Shown: positions 16,857 to 19,141 of the stretch, piece after piece
How positions within the stretch are numbered: position 1 is the first letter of the stretch
How the letters are laid out: every line of letters starts with the position of its first letter
DNA from: Promethearchaeota archaeon
Lineage (GTDB): Archaea; Asgardarchaeota; Lokiarchaeia; Sigyniarchaeales; SOKP01
Length of the DNA stretch: 19,141 nt
NCBI GenBank assembly: GCA_018238625.1
Contig: JABCSY010000077.1
Coordinates: 1-19,141, forward strand
Direction: 5' to 3'
The notes under the pieces: generated by a model
Told to the model about the DNA's origin: nothing
The model's database searches: none
Seen by the model: only the letters and a program-made list of their open reading frames with translations
Program-made: the position numbers and the translations under genes

Positions 16857-17777
16857 TCACAAATTAATTTCTTTGTTAATTTTTTTGTTCATATCAATGA
16901 TTTCGTCTCTCGCAGCTTCACCATACTTGTCAGGAGAGAATAGTTCTTTTTTATTGTATGAATATATTATCCCTCTTGACGAATTTACAATTCCCCCCAA
17001 TCCATTATCGCTAAAACCATGTTTAATTTCTTTCGCTTGAGCCCCTTGAGCTCCAAACCCCGGTATTAACACATAGGAGTTTTTGACTATCTTCCTTATT
17101 GCTTTTAATTCTTGTGGGTAAGTCGCTCCTACTACTACTCCCAAATTATGAAAATTAGAAATTTGTTCAAGGTTTTGTCCCCACTTAGAAACTAGTTTTG
17201 CCATGTGGATATAATTTCTTTCCAGTGTTATATGGTCTACTATGACTTCAACGTCAGAGTCGGGAACATTAAGAATTCTAGCGCTAAAGATATCTTGAAA
17301 ATCTTTACTACTAGGGTTTGAAGTTTTTACTAGGATAAATAGACCTTTCTCTTTATAACTTAAAAAGGGTTTAATTCCATCAAATCCAAGGTACGCGTTT
17401 ATTGTACAAGCGTCAGCATTATAAACTTTAAACGTGGAATACGCGTACGCTTCCGAAGTTGAGCCAATATCGTTTCGCTTTGAATCTAAAATGACAAGTA
17501 AATCTTTTTTATGGGCGTATTTTATCGTTTCTTTCAACGCTGCTAACGCCTCGTATTTCTCGTAAAATGCGATCTGCGGTTTTACAACGGGAATTAAATC
17601 AGATGTGTGATCAATAAGATTTTTGTTAAATTCTAGAATTATTTTACTCGGATCTTTTAATTCATCTATTAAGTACTTAGGAATTTCGCCTTGCTTATCC
17701 ATTCTGGGATCAAGTCCCATACAAACTACGCTTTTTTTATCCTTTATAGACTGAATTAATCGTTCAATAAAATGCAT
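16857..17777 (-). CDS. pyrF: Orotidine-5'-phosphate decarboxylase (subfamily 2)
   Basis: CMGLDP, KPQIAFYE, catalytic DSKRNDIGST (DxKxxDIxxT), LVKTSNP, VVGATYP, LIPGFGAQG, NSSRGIIY. Confidence 0.96.
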   Translation of the reverse strand: MHFIERLIQSIKDKKSVVCMGLDPRMDKQGEIPKYLIDELKDPSKIILEFNKNLIDHTSDLIPVVKPQIAFYEKYEALAALKETIKYAHKKDLLVILDSKRNDIGSTSEAYAYSTFKVYNADACTINAYLGFDGIKPFLSYKEKGLFILVKTSNPSSKDFQDIFSARILNVPDSDVEVIVDHITLERNYIHMAKLVSKWGQNLEQISNFHNLGVVVGATYPQELKAIRKIVKNSYVLIPGFGAQGAQAKEIKHGFSDNGLGGIVNSSRGIIYSYNKKELFSPDKYGEAARDEIIDMNKKINKEINL

Positions 17778-17911
17778 ATCTAATTTCAGTGATTTTTTTA
17801 AATAATTGGCACATATCTAAAATCTAAATATATATAGGAAGTGGTTTCTAAAAAATTTAGAGCATAAAATAAAAAATAGAATTAATTAATTATTTTTAAA
17901 ATAGATTTAAC

Positions 17912-18880
17912 TTAATCTGTTTCTTCAATATCATCTGCCGCTCTTCTTTCATGGATTTCTTTCTTAATCTTTTTTATTGTTATCCCTTTAAGTTTAATGA
18001 ATTGATGAATGAATATACCCGTGGATATAACAATTCCAACTAAGTAAAACACTTGAATAGTCCAGTAAAATGGCTCGATAGATGTAAAGAATACAAGTTT
18101 GAAGGTGTAAGCCAAACATGTGATTGTTGTGATCCAAATCGTAGAGATAAGTAAAGCTATTCTTTCATAAAACTTAGGCTCGCCTTTATCAAAAACAATT
18201 ATTTTTAGCCAAAAGATTACGCAGACAAATGTTATAGGTGTAAAGACAAGGGAACCTATGGCAATCGGGATAAGCAGATACACTGCAAATTGATTTCTCC
18301 AGATGTTTAAAACTTCTCCTAATGTCATCTGATCTTGAATTTGAACTTTCGCATACTTTCCTCTCCAACTAAAGTATCCTTTCTTCATTTTTCTTCCTAT
18401 TTTTTTTGTTCCTCTCTTCACACGCTTAATTATTCCCGTGTCTACAGCTTCCTGAAATTCTTCTCTAATTAAGGGAACTATATATAATGATAGCATTAAA
18501 GAGATAATACCGTAAAGAAATAATAGAAGATCAAACCAATATTGTATACCTGTTTTAGGTGTTACGGGAGGTAAGCTTGAAATTATGCTATAAATAGCGT
18601 ATCCTACTAGAATTCCTGGGACTATCACCTGAATAATTATAAGAACCTGAACGTCTTTTTTACTAAATTTTTCAGTAAAACGATTTAGAATCAACAAAAT
18701 ACCATTTGCTACAGTTAATATCAAACCAAAACCAGAAAGAAGCTTCATTGTCCAAAAGAAAATTAAGAAAGTAATATTCAACTCAATAAATCCAAAGATC
18801 AATTGAAGAATCATAAAAATAGTAGTTGCAACTAGTCCAATTATATAAAAGATGTCAAATTTTTTAAGATTTAGATTCAT
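17912..18880 (-). CDS. Hypothetical multi-pass membrane protein (~7-8 TM) with a Lys/Arg-rich loop
   Basis: 322-aa ORF with repeated hydrophobic helices and the basic loop IIKRVKRGTKKIGRKMKKGYFSWRGK. Confidence 0.8.
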   Translation of the reverse strand: MNLNLKKFDIFYIIGLVATTIFMILQLIFGFIELNITFLIFFWTMKLLSGFGLILTVANGILLILNRFTEKFSKKDVQVLIIIQVIVPGILVGYAIYSIISSLPPVTPKTGIQYWFDLLLFLYGIISLMLSLYIVPLIREEFQEAVDTGIIKRVKRGTKKIGRKMKKGYFSWRGKYAKVQIQDQMTLGEVLNIWRNQFAVYLLIPIAIGSLVFTPITFVCVIFWLKIIVFDKGEPKFYERIALLISTIWITTITCLAYTFKLVFFTSIEPFYWTIQVFYLVGIVISTGIFIHQFIKLKGITIKKIKKEIHERRAADDIEETD

Positions 18881-19059
18881 AAATAAAATAAATTACTTGA
18901 AATCTTAAAAATATTCGTGTTTTCAGACTTTATGTAATATCATTCAAAAAATGCTATTGAAAGGCAGCTTGAAAACTATTCAAAGCTCTTGAAAGACATG
19001 AGTAAGCGGGAACACGCAAATAAAAAAACTTTTTTAACTTCTAAAAATATCAGAGAAAT

Positions 19060-19140
19060 TTAAATTTGGTTAATTATCTCTTTCAAAATCTCTTCATTGA
19101 AAGATCCAATTGTAATTCCTTTATTAACGATTAATTCCCC
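19060..19140 (-). CDS. 3' end of an unidentified gene entering from beyond the window
   Basis: Open minus frame GELIVNKGITIGSFNEEILKEIINQI followed by TAA (19060-19062); too short to assign a function. Confidence 0.55.
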   Translation of the reverse strand, partial: GELIVNKGITIGSFNEEILKEIINQI

Positions 19141-19141
19141 A

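Noticed and set aside
18920-18945. Possible second SECIS on the minus strand (AUGAU...UGAA)
   Set aside because: The sequence between the putative core halves is too short and does not form a stem.
18956-18996. TTGAAA(G/A) repeats resembling archaeal CRISPR repeat ends
   Set aside because: The matches are only 6-7 nt, irregularly spaced, with no full repeat-spacer periodicity and no cas genes.
1-19141. Genome-wide reassignment of TGA (to Trp or Gly)
   Set aside because: The other long genes contain no internal TGA, Trp is encoded by TGG where I checked, and the four internal TGAs align only to Cys.

Overview
AT-rich archaeal DNA whose gene content points to Lokiarchaeia (Asgard archaea); this is inferred from a gelsolin-like protein, HEAT-like+LRR paralogs, AMP phosphorylase and a eukaryote-type SECIS. 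The window holds the 5' part of a hisC-like aminotransferase, a gelsolin-domain protein, ATP-dependent DNA ligase, two tandem LRR paralogs, a ferredoxin + AOR-family oxidoreductase pair, AMP phosphorylase, an M24 Xaa-Pro peptidase, a TPR/SNAP-like + Ig-like protein, three membrane proteins, pyrF and the 3' end of one more gene. The main signal is not in the ORF track. A minus-strand hdrA-mvhD operon (16212..14248, 14234..13761) contains four in-frame TGA codons, all at conserved cysteine positions. Directly after the mvhD stop is a eukaryote-like SECIS hairpin (AUGAC...CGAC core, 8-bp stem, A-rich loop). It is the only one I could find, so one 3' SECIS may recode four UGAs across two cistrons. 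Two genes (the LRR paralog at 4696 and AOR at 8211) also have conserved N-termini with no ATG/GTG/TTG and appear to start at ACG/ATH codons. All calls come from manual translation and motif recognition; no database searches were run.
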